DNA of 63,138 nucleotides, filler included, from Octopus bimaculoides (GCF_001194135.2; 7 parts of 7 records of this genome joined end to end with filler, not necessarily neighbours in it), one strand, 5' to 3'; positions 1 through 14,809 are shown, counted from the whole stretch's first letter. Notes: generated by a model from the sequence alone, not told the origin. Translations and numbers: made by a program.

Positions 1-305
1 TCCACTTCGTCCTCCTCCTCGTCCTCCTCGTCCTCGTCCTCTACCCCTCGTCCTCGTTCTCTACCCCTCGTCCTCGTTCTCTACTCCTCGTCCTCGTTCT
101 CCAGCCCTCGCCCTCGTCCTCGTCGTGGTCACGGTCGTCGTCCTCCTTCTCCTCATGCCCCATCCTCCCCTCGTCGTCCCTCCACGTCGTCGTCGTCGTC
201 CTCCTCGTCGTCGTCCTCCTCTATGCCACCTCCTCCCCTCACATTTCTCGTCCTCCGCTTGCCACTCCTCCTCTTTTCCCTCCTGCTCCTCCTGCTCCTC
301 CTTGT
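1..305. repeat. Degenerate (TCC/TCG)n pyrimidine-rich low-complexity tract
   Basis: Imperfect TCC/TCG triplets plus an approximately 27-bp unit (ctacccctcgtcctcgttct). The overlapping ORFs are low-complexity. Confidence 0.85.
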
Positions 306-376
306 CGTTGAGAGAGCGCGTGCAGACGAGCAGATTCAGCACAGCAAAGCAAAATATAACATGTAAGCCGTCATAT

Positions 377-422
377 GTTGCTATGGTAACTGGCTGTTAT
401 TACCTCGCTGTCTGTTGATTGG
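377..422 (-). promoter_or_regulatory. Candidate RFX X-box (GTTGCTATGGTAAC, 377-390) plus CCAAT box (ATTGG, 418-422)
   Basis: 14-bp match to the palindromic X-box consensus GTTGCCATGGCAAC with 2 tolerated changes. CCAAT lies 27 bp away and reads sense on the minus strand. Confidence 0.5.
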
Positions 423-730
423 CTAAAATTACACAAATTTTCCAAATTAATTCCAAATAGCATCAGATTCTTCAATTGGTTGAGCGTAATTAAAATTCCG
501 AACTTTATCCATAGGCCAAATTTGAAAACAATCTGTGTAAAATTAAATGGGACTGATTGTGGGACTCCAGCTAACTAGATCCCTGTACTTCAGCTGAGTA
601 GTAAATTTTGGTGGATGGTTTCCAATTGCAAGTGCTGTTTTACGAACAAATGAAAAATAGCAAATAAGCTGTATGGAAACAGGATATCGAAGTTATGAGA
701 TAATTACTTACCTTTACTTAGGTCCCTTTT

Positions 731-1400
731 CCAATGAGAACCGTGAGCCTCTTAGAGTTAAGCTAATCCTTTGACGTCAGACTTGATCATCGTAAGGTGT
801 AATCGGAGATCTCCACGCAAAATTACATCAAAAGGGTTGCGAACCTTGCTATGCAGTCTGAAAGCGACATCAAACCCCATCTCGGCGTGGTATGAACTTC
901 AAAATGGCATAAAAAAAAATCTCTTAGTCTCTGTGTGTAGAAGAGGAAATCTACGCTGAACGTCCTCTCGCATTCAAAACAGGGGATCACCTATTTTCTG
1001 AAATCGAACTTTCATCAAACCATCAGTTTGAAACTCAATAAATTCTTCCTGATTTTTGATGTCCATGTCACCGAGATTAACAATGAATGGATCAGCAATC
1101 CAAATCGAGATATCCATTTGTGGAAGGTCTGCAAAGCGTTCTCGCATATTTTCTTGTAATGCCCGAAGGTGTGCGACATAAATTTGGAGACGGTATCACT
1201 AACCATGTTTTTAACATTTGCAACGCTTGAAAAATTATAAAATTCCCTTCGACAAATAATCCTCTAGAAGTTCAACTGATCTTCTCCCACGGTAAAACCT
1301 GTATGAAGTTGTTGCATTTGTCAAAAACATCGGCAAGATGGGCACAGTCTTGCCTTACTTCAAGGATTTCTTCATACAAAACTTCATTTCGTCTTTCTAC
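731..1400 (-). mobile_element. Decayed hAT (Charlie/Buster-type) transposase, C-terminal part
   Basis: Minus-strand translation gives HLADVFDKCN...HLRALQENMRERF...WIADPF...EEFIEFQTD...SSYHAEMGF...KVRNPF...GDLRLHLT...AHGSH. This matches the hAT dimerisation-domain pattern, with stops and frameshifts. Confidence 0.8.
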
Positions 1401-2800
1401 ATTAAGAAAAGACACGAGAAAGACACATTCCCTTTGAAAACCACCTCACTTCAGTAGGAAGAAGTAATTGTACGAACTTTCCGTCATTATACATATATAA
1501 CGCACGAATCGAAAGGACATATATTTTTCTCTACTTAGTGTATTTTAATATAAATTATTTAAACTATTGTGTTTATGATAACTGAAAGAAAATAAATAAA
1601 AATATTGTGTATTTTGTGTATGTCTGAAGAAAATAAAATGCGTTGTTTATAACAGCCATCTTGTGAAATGCCTTGTTAAGAATACGTTAGAAGTTATATT
1701 TGTAAATTCCTGCTATGGTTTCCGACTGAGTTCCCGTATCATCATTGCCTCAATAACGCCTTAATTTAACGCCACATGCATCATGAAGCAACAATTTTCC
1801 AGAGAAAAATTTATAATCCTAATTAGATTCAGTGAAAATGACTTAATTTAGCACTGATACCAAAGTTCGGAAAACAAAATGCAGCTTCTTAACTGTTTGT
1901 CGGTTTTCTTCACTCTACAATGACTAGTTAAATTAAATAGACTGAAATTGCTCCTATTTCAAATCTACAAACTGAAGAGACAATTACATCATATGATCTA
2001 TGAAAGCTGGAAGAGAAAAGGAGTTGTTATGATGTAATAAGTGTTTTTTATCAACATCTTCAAGAAATAATCAACCATTGGTAACTAAATATCGTTATAG
2101 TATGATTGGTCTAAAAAAGCCAATACATGTAGTCATTAAGTGCAACAGAATTAATATTTTATATGAACGTTTCGAAACAGCTTATTGAAAACGCTAAGTT
2201 CTCAAAACATCCCAAGCTGCATAGAGCGTAGTAAAAGATAATATGTATTCGTGTCAACATTATAAATATTCCACCAGAATATACATAATCACAGCGTGTC
2301 GTACCTTTGCATGTAAACAAAACCTCAACTCAGTTGCGATGTAAAAACTATAGTTTGTACGAATAATATTAGAGTGATAATCATCAAACCAATATATTTA
2401 TTTATATTCAGGTTGATATGAGGAGAATCTTCTTTAATAAAGCAATGAGGCTTTGAACTCTTGAACAAACATTGATGAAATCGTTCGTATACATTTAATT
2501 ATCGTATATATAAAAGCAAATACTTCTGCTTTGTACGAATTTTAATTTGAAAATTGAGTTGAAATAAACGTATACATGAAAGCATATGTGTGTGTGTTCG
2601 TGTGTGCATGTATATATATGCATACATAAATACATGTATATACATATATGTGTATGTATATATTATATACATATATGTACATTACGCATCCCTTTATTCA
2701 TATATACACTTATATATCTGTATGTACACATATACTTAGTTTTCATACATACACGCATACATGTCTATTTCTACACACACACATATGCCTTTCTCTCTTG

Positions 2801-2835
<35 letters not shown>

Positions 2836-4099
2836 GTATGCCTGTGTATGCGTGTATATATATTTATACAATTAAAAAAAAACCTGCATTTCAAACTGCT
2901 GCTCATATGGGTACGAAGATTCGTCTTTATTATAAAGATTGTTTACTTATTTGACATACTAATTACTATCAAAAGCAAAACCTTAATTAAACATTTGGAA
3001 TCTAATTCATTTGTATAACACCAAACAGATACTACCATTGAGTAGATTGTTTGTACATGTTTCTGCCTAGTTACATCTTTTTTACATAATATCTTTCTAC
3101 ACACTGCTGATCTTTTGGTTATATCACTGACCCATGCAACTGGATAAACGATAGTACCCATACAGATGTTTGCATTAATATGCACGCGTTTACGTACGAA
3201 TACATAAAACAGATTGTAACCTTGTTCAGTGTATAATATAAAACTATTGCCAGAGAGATAACTTAAGAGACTAGAGAAAAAATAGCGAATGCCTGATAGT
3301 TGTTCAATCTATGAAGATGTATGGCGTTTAAAATAAATCTTTATCTCTTGTTTGCATATGACTATTTTTTCAACAGATTTTTAATGCTTGAAACAAGACA
3401 TCTTAAGAAATATTTTTCTGTAATATAAAAGTTACCAATTCAAATCTTTATGTTCCATATTTATTATACTATCTCCATTCGTAATTAAAGATACTATAAT
3501 CATACTGAGTTAATTTATGGAATCAGAAATAACTGAAGATCAGAAGTCTAATGATACATCACAAGAACGTTTTAAGTAATTGTCTAAATTCTCTAAATTC
3601 ATTTCCTATTAATCTTTAAACATTTTGATGGATGTTATCTATTTTAGCATCTTATGCTCTCTAGTAGAAAGACACGTCTTTAGTTGGAATATATCGAATA
3701 TAAATAGTTTGATTTTCTCAGAGGTGGTTTTGTTGCATCAGATTATATGATAGATCACAAAATTGTTAAAATTGGCAAATGTAAGCTAATTTAGATTATT
3801 CAGTTATTGGCAAGATTTTTGTTTTATATTTAACTGCAAGTTAACAATTTTCACACACATTACTTCAATAAAGAGAAACTTTCCTACAGGAAGTATATAA
3901 ATATATGAGGAATATGCAAATTAATAGCTTATTTCGATTGGGTACCAATGATGCTTTAATTTATAAAGAAGGGAATAAAAGCGGCAGGAGTGAGCATTAT
4001 GCCATAAGGAGTAAAATCTGGTTAAGATAAGAATAAACATACCTGAAGATCAAGAAGGTATAGGACGTTCAACCAACTTTAATGGTCAGCATTTGAAAA

Positions 4100-6000
4100 C
4101 AGGAGTCGAATCTAACCACCACAAAATATCAAATGTCTCATATACTTGGTGTTAGTGTTTCATCAGTATCAGATCATCTGAAGTAAATCGGCAAAGTGAA
4201 AAAAAACAAAGAAACTCGATAAATGTGTCTCGCATGACCTCAATACAATCCCAAACAGGTTCATACACTCCATAATCCAAGAATGAGGGATCATATCGCA
4301 CGCCTTACGATAGTTGATCCATGATATGGCTAAGTTACATTTCCTCCTCTTGCAGTCTCTGAGTACAGTTTTATCTATCAGGAGTTGATGCTTGGTACCT
4401 CTGCACTTATGCTTGCAACCATTCTGCTCATGTGGTAGGACTCCATTTTGTTCTAGATGTTCGCACATTGATTGACTCTGCGAGTATTCCAGTCAATAAG
4501 TTCCACATAAGTGGCAAACAGGATATCGACCTGTAATTGTCTACCATATTGCCTTTTTCGATGTTTTTCAGGCACAGCACTGTCCTACCCAATTTCAACT
4601 ACTCTGGCGTTGCTTCGTTGGCATCTAACAAGGTGTTGAGTTGCGCAGCTATTCGTGCATGACATTCACCAAATCTATTGATCCAGTAGCTTTGAACTCC
4701 ATCTGATCCAAGGCTTTCCAGTTGCTCATTTTTTTTTTGCTGATTTCCTTCACTTCTCTAACTGAAATGACTAGTTCTGCCTGTTTTGGACAGACTACTG
4801 TTTGTTTCAGTTCTTGCAACCATTCAGCATCCTTCTTGTGCTCCTTGCCTTTGCTCCAGATGTCACTCNNNNNNNNNNAAATGACTAGTTCTGCCTGTTT
4901 TGGACAGACTACTGTTTGTTTCAGTTCTTGCAACCATTCAGCATCCTTCTTGTGCTCCTTGCCTTTGCTCCAGATGTCACTCCCAAACCTTTGACTTTCA
5001 ATGTTATCTGGTATTAACCTTTCATCTGTACACCCTCCATTTATTTCTTTATAGAATCTCTTCTGATCTACTCTGAATAACCTATTCAGAAGGTAACCCC
5101 TCATTCTTTGGTCGTATCTTACCAACGAGGCGTTGTTTCAGTTCCTCCACTACTACTTTCAGGCCCTTTCTTTCAATATTACACTTCCTTTTTAGCGCCC
5201 TGTATTTTTGTTCGCTTTTAAGCTCCCCTTTTTCTTTTCGGTCTAACACAGAGATTTCCTTCAAGAGCATGTCTAACTCTACCTGGATTCTTCTTTTTTC
5301 TACCATGGATCTTTCTTTTTTGTCACTCCCATTATATTTCTTAGTTCAATTTCATTAGTTCAATTTTCATCGATCAACCTTTTTAAGGTTGCAAATAATG
5401 TCGCTATCGTTCTCCTGTAGTCTTACTTTTATTCTGTCGTAGATTGCCTTTTGTTCATCTGTCATGTCGCTATTAGTTTTATCGTCTTCTTTTAGGTCAT
5501 CTATATGTCTCGCATCAAGTAAACTACCACTGCTCCTTTCCTGTGCTTTGAGATTACTCTTATTAGTATGAACTGTATTTTCATTCTTATCTATGCTGCT
5601 ATTGTCTATGACCGTCTTTTGATAGCTTCGAGCTCTACGTCTCTGTACCAACAATATTTTCTTATTGCTCTAGCTTCATCACATAGTCTCTGTTCCGTGA
5701 GTTGAAACAATCCCGTTTCTCTCCAATGATCATAAATACGTTGTCGGTAACCCCTAATTTGAGCACCATTTTCATCTACCGGGTTGCTCAGGTAGTAACA
5801 CTCCATGACCACAGCATTCATTTGTTTGCTCCTTCTACGCCGTGTGTGGTGGTCCCTTTCTGGATATCGACAGGCTGGAGCCGGACCAGAATCTCTGAGC
5901 CTACCGGGTGTAACACTGTCACCATCATTGGCTTCAGTTTCATTAGTACCGTTATTCACAATATTTTGTTTTTCATTGTCACTCATATGAGGTAGCGATT
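4100..6000 (-). mobile_element. R4/Dong-clade non-LTR retrotransposon relic, N-terminal region to RT start
   Basis: ORF fragments: VMECYYLSNP...GYRQRIYDHW...EQRLCDEAR, NRLFRVDQKRFYKE, and [18 protein letters not shown]...[21 protein letters not shown] (RT motifs). Confidence 0.85.
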
Positions 6001-6559
6001 ATCAGGTTGCACAATTTCCAGTGTTCTTTTACTGTGACATCATCACTAGATGTATCATTAATCAACCCATATAGGAGACTCCACCCGTTTACTTTCATTA
6101 TTATTATTATTATCATCATCACTGATATCACTGGCGTTATTGTTTTATGTGTAGTAGTAGCAGTGGTTGGGGCAACAGCAACAGTAGCAGGTGTGGGAGT
6201 AGTGATAAGGGTGGTAGTTGGGCCTCAGATTCCTGTGCTAACATAATAATAGTAGTTGTTGTATTATTGTAGTATAAGTAGTATTTAGTATCAGCAGCTG
6301 TAACATGTTATTATCATTGTTATTTTTTTTCATTATCACCATCACTCCCACTACCATTGTAGAAGAATAGTTGGACAGCAGATTGGTGAATAGATCATAT
6401 GCTATAGGTCTATAAATAGATTCGGCACATGGCGGAGAGGTCAGCCGTAGAAACAAAAGGATTTTCGCACCCCTTCAGTTCAGCAGAGGTCAAATGTGTT
6501 TACTACTACCAGTGGCCGTTGACAGCGCTGCCTTGAAAGGAAGCAATTCAACCTGTTCT

Positions 6560-7462
6560 AGTCTATCGTTCTCTAGTTGGTTTTGTTACGTCTTGCCATC
6601 TCTAGATCCCACTTTTCACAAAGTTTCCAATGTAGCATTTCCGCTCCCTCAACGTGAAGCCACAGCTTGTAATGATTTTGGGCAAGTCTGCAGCATTCGT
6701 TCGCGAAAAGGGCAATGGCTTCGTCCTATCTATTACAGATGTAGCGCAATGGAGACACTTGCTCATCCCTAAGGCTGGCTCTCCAACTTGAGACCAAAAC
6801 TTGGTTTTGCTCTGCCAGTATGGTGCTCTCAGTCTCTTTTCCTAGCTTTCCTTGCTCAGCCAATTCTACCTATTTTTTCCAGCCTCTTCAGATGTGGTTA
6901 CATGGACTGTGTAGTACGTTATTGCGTAATGTTTCTTCGTGTCCTTTTTGTACTTCTTGCTTTCAACGCTAACGGACTCTAGTAAGGTTTCTTCACATTT
7001 GTGGTAGGTATCTCAGAAAGGCTACGTACGCAGTCTGCCACACATATCAGTCCGCTTCCTTCATTCGATCTCTTCATTGTATAGGCGATCAGAATTTGCA
7101 CGTGGACGACGAATTCATTGCAACGTTGGGAACTTTCTTGTCCTTCCGTCTAACTTTTAGCTCCTCCTTTGTCCCCTTCAGAATCTCAGTGCCGTACTGA
7201 AATTTTGCGACATTACACAAATTTAGTGCCGAAATTATGTTTCTACCATTCAGATTTGAAGACAATATTTTTCTCACTCACCGCAGGTACACTTTGTTTG
7301 TCTTTTTCTTTAATATCATTGTGTTTAAACCCATCTGCCTCAAGTATCTTGATCCAGGTTCAACTGCCTTCATTATTTTACCACTTGGCATACATATGTC
7401 TTCTGTCCTGACAAGCTTTCCTCGTCTCATCACCAAACTTGAGAGTTCAAACTCCATCATGA
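6560..7462 (-). mobile_element. R4/Dong-clade fragment, RT C-terminus to zinc knuckle
   Basis: Fragments DIMMEF..VMRRGK...MPSGKIMK...SRYL, VRKILSSNLNGRNIISALN, RPRANSDRLY and KCLHC. Frameshifted. Confidence 0.7.
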
Positions 7463-7489
7463 TATCATTGTCACCATCAATATCATTAT

Positions 7490-7851
<362 letters not shown>

Positions 7852-8569
7852 CGGACAGTTGATCAAATATAGTTCAGTGACTCCATAGCTGACTGTAAAT
7901 TGTACTTAACTTTGCATTGTTATCAAATATTATCAACGTTTGCTAATGTTTCAGTTTTTAATGTTATACTTCGTCAATATTTCCAATATTTGTGTAAAGG
8001 GCTTCAACAAATCTTCAAACATATTCAAATGAAATTTAACGCCACCTCGCATTTTCTATTCTAGTTGGAAGAACATTTCAATTCGATGTTAGGAAATATA
8101 GATTCCGTTTCACTTGGCATAAGACCAACGATTGGAAATACAGATTTATCATCAACAAAGATGAGATTTAACTCATTAATAAATATCTATGTAAAACACA
8201 CATCTGAAAATAATCATAAACTTGTCTCAACTGTTGTTGAGAAAGACAAACATATGCAATATATCATGTTTTGTGAGTTTGGTTGAAGATATTTTAAATC
8301 GTTATAATAAAAACAATCTATGGGTTCATTAATTTTGAAATATTGTTCAAACTCATATGGCCGCGGGTTTGTCATATAATCTCTCTGTCTCTGTCTATCT
8401 CTCTCTCTCTTTCACGCACACACACTAGTGACCAGAATTTGATAATACGTTTACGTTTTCACTCGAGCTATAAAATGTATCAGCGAAAAGTTTTCAAATC
8501 ACAACGAAGAGTATTGAGTACAGAAAGATCACGTTAGTAAACATAGTATTAAAAATAAAACTTCACAAA

Positions 8570-9330
8570 ATACACCCACCTTACTGAAGTACCTCAAATG
8601 CTACACCAACTCCATCTTGTTTTTCCCTTATTTTATATGCCCCACGGCAATCTTATTTTCCCCGTGTTAAGATTATTACTCTTTTCATCAATACCACCTT
8701 GCTGCTGTTGTGCTTTTGTGGCTTTCACATCTATTGTGGTACGTTTTCAAAGAGGATTGTTAATTTTTCTATCCCCATTTCCTGAATACCTTTAATACCA
8801 TTGATTAACGTGGACACATATTCGGAATAGGAAGAGGAACAGTAGGTGATTGTCTATTTTAAGAAGCTTCTCGTTTTGGAAGGGATTTTTCCATTAAAGG
8901 CCATCTAAACAACAGAAAAGTTTAACTCCCTCACGAAAACAATAGCCCCCAATCCTCTGGTTAAACATGATTTATGAACTTTCTCAAATTCAACGTTTTT
9001 CAAACAGTCCTTTATAGGTAACCTAGTATTAAGTGATTTTTGGTGAACTATGTTTGATGTCTAGAAGCCGAGGTATATTTGTGTTATTTTAATGGAGATA
9101 ATCATGTTCTATCTTTTCCTGAAAACCAAGATATTGTTAGCAGGAACATAGAAAAATTGTTTGCAGTCCAATCATGACCATCAAGCAATTAATTTGAAAC
9201 AGGTTCATGGAAAGATGCAGATATGTCCCAACCTCGCTCTCTAGTAGGCAACCCTGTGATTCAACAAAACATTAAGCTGGATGGAAACTGAATAATCTGT
9301 AGACCTAAGCGGCCATTTTGTTGGCTTTGA
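8570..9330 (-). mobile_element. Heavily decayed Tc1/Tc3-like transposase
   Basis: Weak remnants in the expected order (HDWTANNF, TILFENVP resembling FQQDNAP, AFEVLQ*GG resembling the C-terminal EVI..GG) with many stops. Confidence 0.35.
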
Positions 9331-10682
9331 AGCTTTCTGTAACGTTACAGCTATTTCATCTATATATTGGATGAATCACTGTCTATTTTGAGACCAGACG
9401 ATACGTACATACATACATATATATACACACGAAGATTCATACAAACACATACATACATCGATACATAGTATATTTGTCAATAGAAAGTTGTCCATTGTTG
9501 TTTCGTAAACAGCCGGCTCTGCACGATCTGATTAGTGATAGGACATATTCCAGCAATTACGATCTAATGTACCATCTTCGTCTTCATCTTAGTCGGGCAG
9601 TTTGGAGAAGATTTAGCTGCAATAGCTCACCAATCGTACGACCACATAAAGATACCCTTTTCAATTGGTTAAATATACATCAATAAAGAGAATGTTTTTC
9701 ACTGTAAGGAATTTGAGGTAATGATAATATAACACAAATAGCGTCGATTCAGATTAATTTGGCATGCAGAGATCAGCTAAGTTATACGTATAAAATATCG
9801 AACTGGATTGAATTATTTCTCGTATTCGATAAATGAAAATGATAAAGCTACCGAAATTTGTAAGCGATTCCGACGGAAATAGACTGTTAATTTCATATAA
9901 GTAATAATATATTAACAGAAATATCCTGTGCAATTACAAACCATTCTTGCTATAAATATCCTATCTTTGGATAAGCACAACAAACACATTTGTTCATCAA
10001 ATTATCACATAATTCACATCGTGTTCCTTTTTTGTAAATCGATAGAGAAAGGTGCTGAGTTTCGTTCTCTTTCACCATCCGGGAGTAAAAAGAATCAACT
10101 TCACTATGAATGAAGCGTACAGATTTAGGTGAATGCTTGCATAAATGATTAATATCAATCCACGCTTTTGATTCGATATATCTCCTTCAGCTCAATTTTT
10201 TTTCCATTGTGTTAATTAGATTTCAGTAAAATTTTTAGGAACATTTTTCTGTATTTGAAAATATTAAACGATTTCGCATTTGTGATACGTATTTGATGAG
10301 TTCCAATAAAACCAAAAAATAATCATTTTGTCATCATATCCACTCACAAAGAACAAATTAACGCTTAGGAATGAGAATTAAATTTGGTCTTTGTTTCTTT
10401 ATCAAAATCATTTTCGTTTTGGGGCTGTGTGTCATTAAGAAGTACATTTTGTTAAATTTCACTAACCCTGACAGAAATTTCATCAAGAATGTCTTGAAAA
10501 CATCAATACACACACGATGTTTCACAGCCAAATACCATTCGCACTTTTAATTATTTGAAACGATATTTCGCATTATTGCTGCAAAGTTTGAATTCAGAAT
10601 GCCTTCGTGTTTTATAACTCACGAATTTTTTACAGTTAGCATTTATCTGTTTGTAGTATATTTATATTCATACACTTTTACA

Positions 10683-10858
10683 CGTTTCAGTCATTTGAGT
10701 GTGGCCATGCTGGAGCACAGCATTTAGTCAAACAAACTTTTTCTTTGTAAGCCTAGTACTTATTCTATCGGGCCCTTTTGCCGAGCCGCTAAGTTTCGGG
10801 GACATGAACATACCATCATCGGTTGTCAAGTGATGATGGGGGACAAACACAGACACAA

Positions 10859-10912
<54 letters not shown>

Positions 10913-11073
10913 GATGGAAGTCTTTCAGTTTTCTTCTACCACATCCACCTATAAGGCGTTGGTCGGCTCGAGGCTATAGTAGAAGACACTTGCCCAAGGG
11001 GACATGCAGTGGGACTGAACCCGGAACCGTGTGGTTGGGAAGCAAGCTTCTAACCACACAGACACGCCCGCGC
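10683..11073 (-). mobile_element. Octopus tRNA-derived SINE (OR-like) with internal (TA)n
   Basis: Reverse complement has a tRNA-like head (GCTTCCCAACCACACGGTTCCGGGTTCAGTCCC), a GGGCAAGTGTCTTCTACTATAGCC body and a 3' part ending GCATGGCCACACTCAAATGACTGAAAC. Related copies occur elsewhere in the window. Confidence 0.85.
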
Positions 11074-12892
11074 ATAATTTTTATGTAAGCATGTATCCAG
11101 ACAATTAAAATTAGTACAACTTAACAGTTATCTTCTCAATGCTCTTCAGGGACGATGGTGAATCATAACCGTTAGAAACGAGAAATATTTTTCAGTATTT
11201 ATTCAGAGACATATCAAGTATGAGCTACTACATTTGATGAACTCCAGAAACAATTATTAAACATTTAAAACTCGCCTGTTAGTCTCAGAGAATAAACAAA
11301 TTCCTAGCGGCAATCGTTTGCTATTGTATCTGATTTCAAATAGAAAATATGATCATTTATTCAAAGGGTCCTTAATTCTATCCAACATCTCCCATAAGAA
11401 ACCGTTGGAAATATGAATATCGTTTTGAATGTCTATGATGAAATTATAGAACTTGTTTCTAGGCGCCAGTTTGCATGAAATAAGTGGATGGGCGTTAAAT
11501 TTCCTATTTAATTTTAGAAATGTTTATAAGCAGATAAGTTATTGTACTTGGAATAATGTTTCAAATGCTTAACATTAATGCTTATCTTTCTCGAATCAGC
11601 AAAGAGCTGATAGTAATGACTAGTTGCGAAGTATTAATCTATCGATAGAGAAGTGTGTCCCTAAATGATATTCTCTCACAAGTTATTTCTATAGAAGTTA
11701 TGTTTAGTACTATAAGTGAAATAAGTAATTATCACGTTCTACTATAAACAGGCAACTCCTCACATACATGTAGATTGGGTTATTAAAAGTTATGTCATGT
11801 TCTTGGACAGTGTTCAGTATTCAGCGATATTCAAAAGGTAAATTAAACCACATTGCTATGTGGTTTCTCCAGTATACTCGGTATATTCTTCTAAAACATA
11901 CTGATAGACGTAAACTGCAGGCTTATAAGTTATCCAACACGAATACCAATTGGAGTGGTTGTACTAAATTATCAGCAATTGATCGTATCACTAAGTTATT
12001 AAAGTATTGAATATGCGTGAAAGTGAAACTAGTTCGTAAATATTCCTAGGTTATGTAGCACTTCGTGTCGGGTTTTATACTGTACCTTTCTTAAGATGAT
12101 GCCATTACAGAACTTCACTGGTATATGAGCATGAAATACTTCAATTATTACTTATTGGAACCTAGCATAGTGTTTGTGTTAACCTATGTTCTTCTACAGG
12201 TGAGGCAATACACACTAACCTGCTTGAATAATTATCAGAGAATAGTAGAAGTTACAAAAAAAAAAAAAGCCCATCTAAACAATCATTTTAATTTACAGAA
12301 AAGAATTCGTTTTACAGTGTAAAATATGAAATCAACTTAAGGTAATTCTGTCGCCTTTAAACGATGAAACTACTTTCAATCGTTAAGACATCCTCCTTGC
12401 AAGGAAAGATGCTATTTCATGCTATTTCAATTAACGGAGACATCAGTATTGGAAACTGAAATAAGAACAACAACCACAACAACAACAACAAAATGAAAGG
12501 AAATAGACAAATATCTCATTCTAATCAGGAAAAAACTTATATAAATCCAATTCTTGTACTCAATTCAACATAAAGAACCAGAACAAACAATCACTTAACA
12601 GTATCTGAGCAGCTATCTTTCCTGAACAACACAGATTCATTCATAATTTAGAAGCAATAAATTGGAAACGATTTGTTTTCTACTTGCATGTTTTTACCAC
12701 TTTAACCTTTTAGATATAAATGCCCATATATTTCTGTTGGCCCTGAGTTTAAATGGAGAATTTGAATGTTTCAAATAATGAGATACATTTGGGCAACAAT
12801 AAATAATCTGATATAAAATCTATACATTAGCAAATTGGGTTATGAGAATTGTTCAATACATTTATGGTAATTGAAAATAACATCTCCCTCTC

Positions 12893-12941
<49 letters not shown>

Positions 12942-13732
12942 GCGGATGCATGCATGCATGCATACATACATACCTACATACATTTCTATATATAAATGTA
13001 TATATATATATATATGTGACTGTGTGAGCGTGCGAGCTTGTGTGTGTATACGTGTGTAAGGAAATCAGAGAAAGATAAAGCGATAAAATGTTCTTTTCTG
13101 TTATAAATAAATGCGATTTTTTGTAAAGTAACAAGCAAAGAAAATCAATAGAATCATATTTATTTTATGTCATCGTTCTCAACAATCTTCTGGAAAATAT
13201 TCCCAGCCTCAATAAAGCAGAAACAAATATCAAGACTAATGTAAATAATAGCATAAATCATTAATATCAATAATTTCCACTATTTCTTACATTAAAACCG
13301 TTATCATAATACGATTTGTTGCATTTTCTGTCATTAGTATTGGATAGAGTTGAGTTCACGATTAAAAAACTATTGACGCATTTGAAAATAATTGGTAATT
13401 TTAACATTTTTTAAAACTGAACAAGATACGAATTGAATACCAGCTGCTGACACGCACACTAACACACACGCGCATACACACACACGCGCGCATACACACA
13501 CACACGTATTATGTGTATATATGTGTGTGTTTTGTACCACATCAGTTCCAATCTTGCAAAAACTAAACTATTACTGGATCAGCACATGCAAATATACAAC
13601 AGACTACTTGGCGCTTTAAATGACTTTCAGCAGTAACAGCCTGTGTAATGAAAACGCCGTAACAGATATTTTGAGCAGATACTATTTTCTGTCGATTATT
13701 GTAAGCGAAAATTTATAGTGTACAAACTATTG

Positions 13733-13765
<33 letters not shown>

Positions 13766-13807
13766 TTTTTCTTCTTCTTCTTCTTCTTATTTTTATTATT
13801 ATTATCT

Positions 13808-14140
13808 AGTCGTGTTTGTTTGTTTGTCCATGGATAAGATATCCCAAGAACTCTTGGATGGATTCAGATGAAACTTTCAGTGATGTTTGGCCTCGTGACT
13901 GGTACGAGCTGATTAGATTTTGGGATCGATCGAATACTGGACAAGGATTCTGGATTATTTTTCCAGTTTTGTTTTTTACTTAATTTTTGAGAGTGGCTGG
14001 GTTCGTTTAGCATTCTCGTTTGTGAGAGAAATCGAGTTTATTTCAGATATTCTCATTTTAAAAATCATCTCTGGCTAATCGTTCAGAGTACGAACAGTGT
14101 TGCATTGGCGGACATTTATGCTCTCTGAGTGCTCTTGTCA
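13808..14140 (+). mobile_element. Helentron-associated non-autonomous element (HINE/DINE-1-like), 5'-truncated
   Basis: GTTTGTTTGTCC...GATTCAGATGAAACTTTCAG body, with the typical 3' GGCGGA...GCTCTCTGAGTGC subterminal IR and stem-loop. Confidence 0.65.
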
Positions 14141-14149
14141 TTGTTATTA

Positions 14150-14562
14150 TTTCTCTTTATCACAGGTTTTGTTGTATCCTCTGGAGTCTTGCATGCGTAG
14201 CGGTTTTACTACCTGCAGCTGACGGTACCATGCTATTGGGTTTTTTTCAGCTATCTAATACTTTCCTGATTATTCTGGCCGTGCCAAGGAGGTTAACCTT
14301 TTGTAACCTTCTACTGGGCACTCTTTTCCAATTCCCTTTATATTCCCCTTGATGCCTTCTGATAATATTCCCAAAGACTCAACAATAATTGGCACTAACT
14401 TCACCTTCTTCATTTTCCATAACCGAGCTATTTCGTACATAAGAGCGTTGTACTTATCTGTCCTTTCACCTTCTGCCTTGTCTATTCGTGGGTGAAAGGA
14501 CTATGCGACATCAACTATATAGCATGTGTGGTACATCTTGTCCACCTATATTATATCCGGTC
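14150..14562 (-). mobile_element. R4/Dong-clade 3' fragment, restriction-like endonuclease
   Basis: RPDII*VDK...CYIVDVA...DKYNALMYEIARLWKMKKVKLVPIIVESLG...LGTARIIRKVL. Confidence 0.8.
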
Positions 14563-14605
<43 letters not shown>

Positions 14606-14809
14606 GAGTTCTGTTTTCCTCCCTTGCCAAGTGTTTACCTGACACCTAGGGCAGAGAAACGCATTTTACATATCGGTAGGCCGTTAAAATAAACACATCA
14701 AATAGTCTATTTACAAAGTCATGTAATAGAGAAAAGGGTCAAGAAAGACAGAAATAAAAAATAAAAAATAAAATAGTAAAGAAAGAAAATAATGGGAACA
14801 AGGGAAAGA

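Noticed and set aside
2943-3185. Minus-strand ORF with Cys/Lys (CRKILCKK) as the missing LIM 3' exon
   Set aside because: The frame is incompatible with the phase-2 donor, and it lacks the LIM terminal Y-C-x2-H/C-Y pattern.
4765-4982. Perfect 104-bp tandem duplication inside the R4 ORF
   Set aside because: The two identical copies flank a 10-N gap, which is typical of unmerged overlapping contig ends.
10046-10128. Possible plus-strand exon (AG...GT, RKVLSFVLFHHPGVKRINFTMNEAYRF)
   Set aside because: The splice signals are plausible, but I recognise no homology and found no partner exons. It cannot be supported without RNA data.
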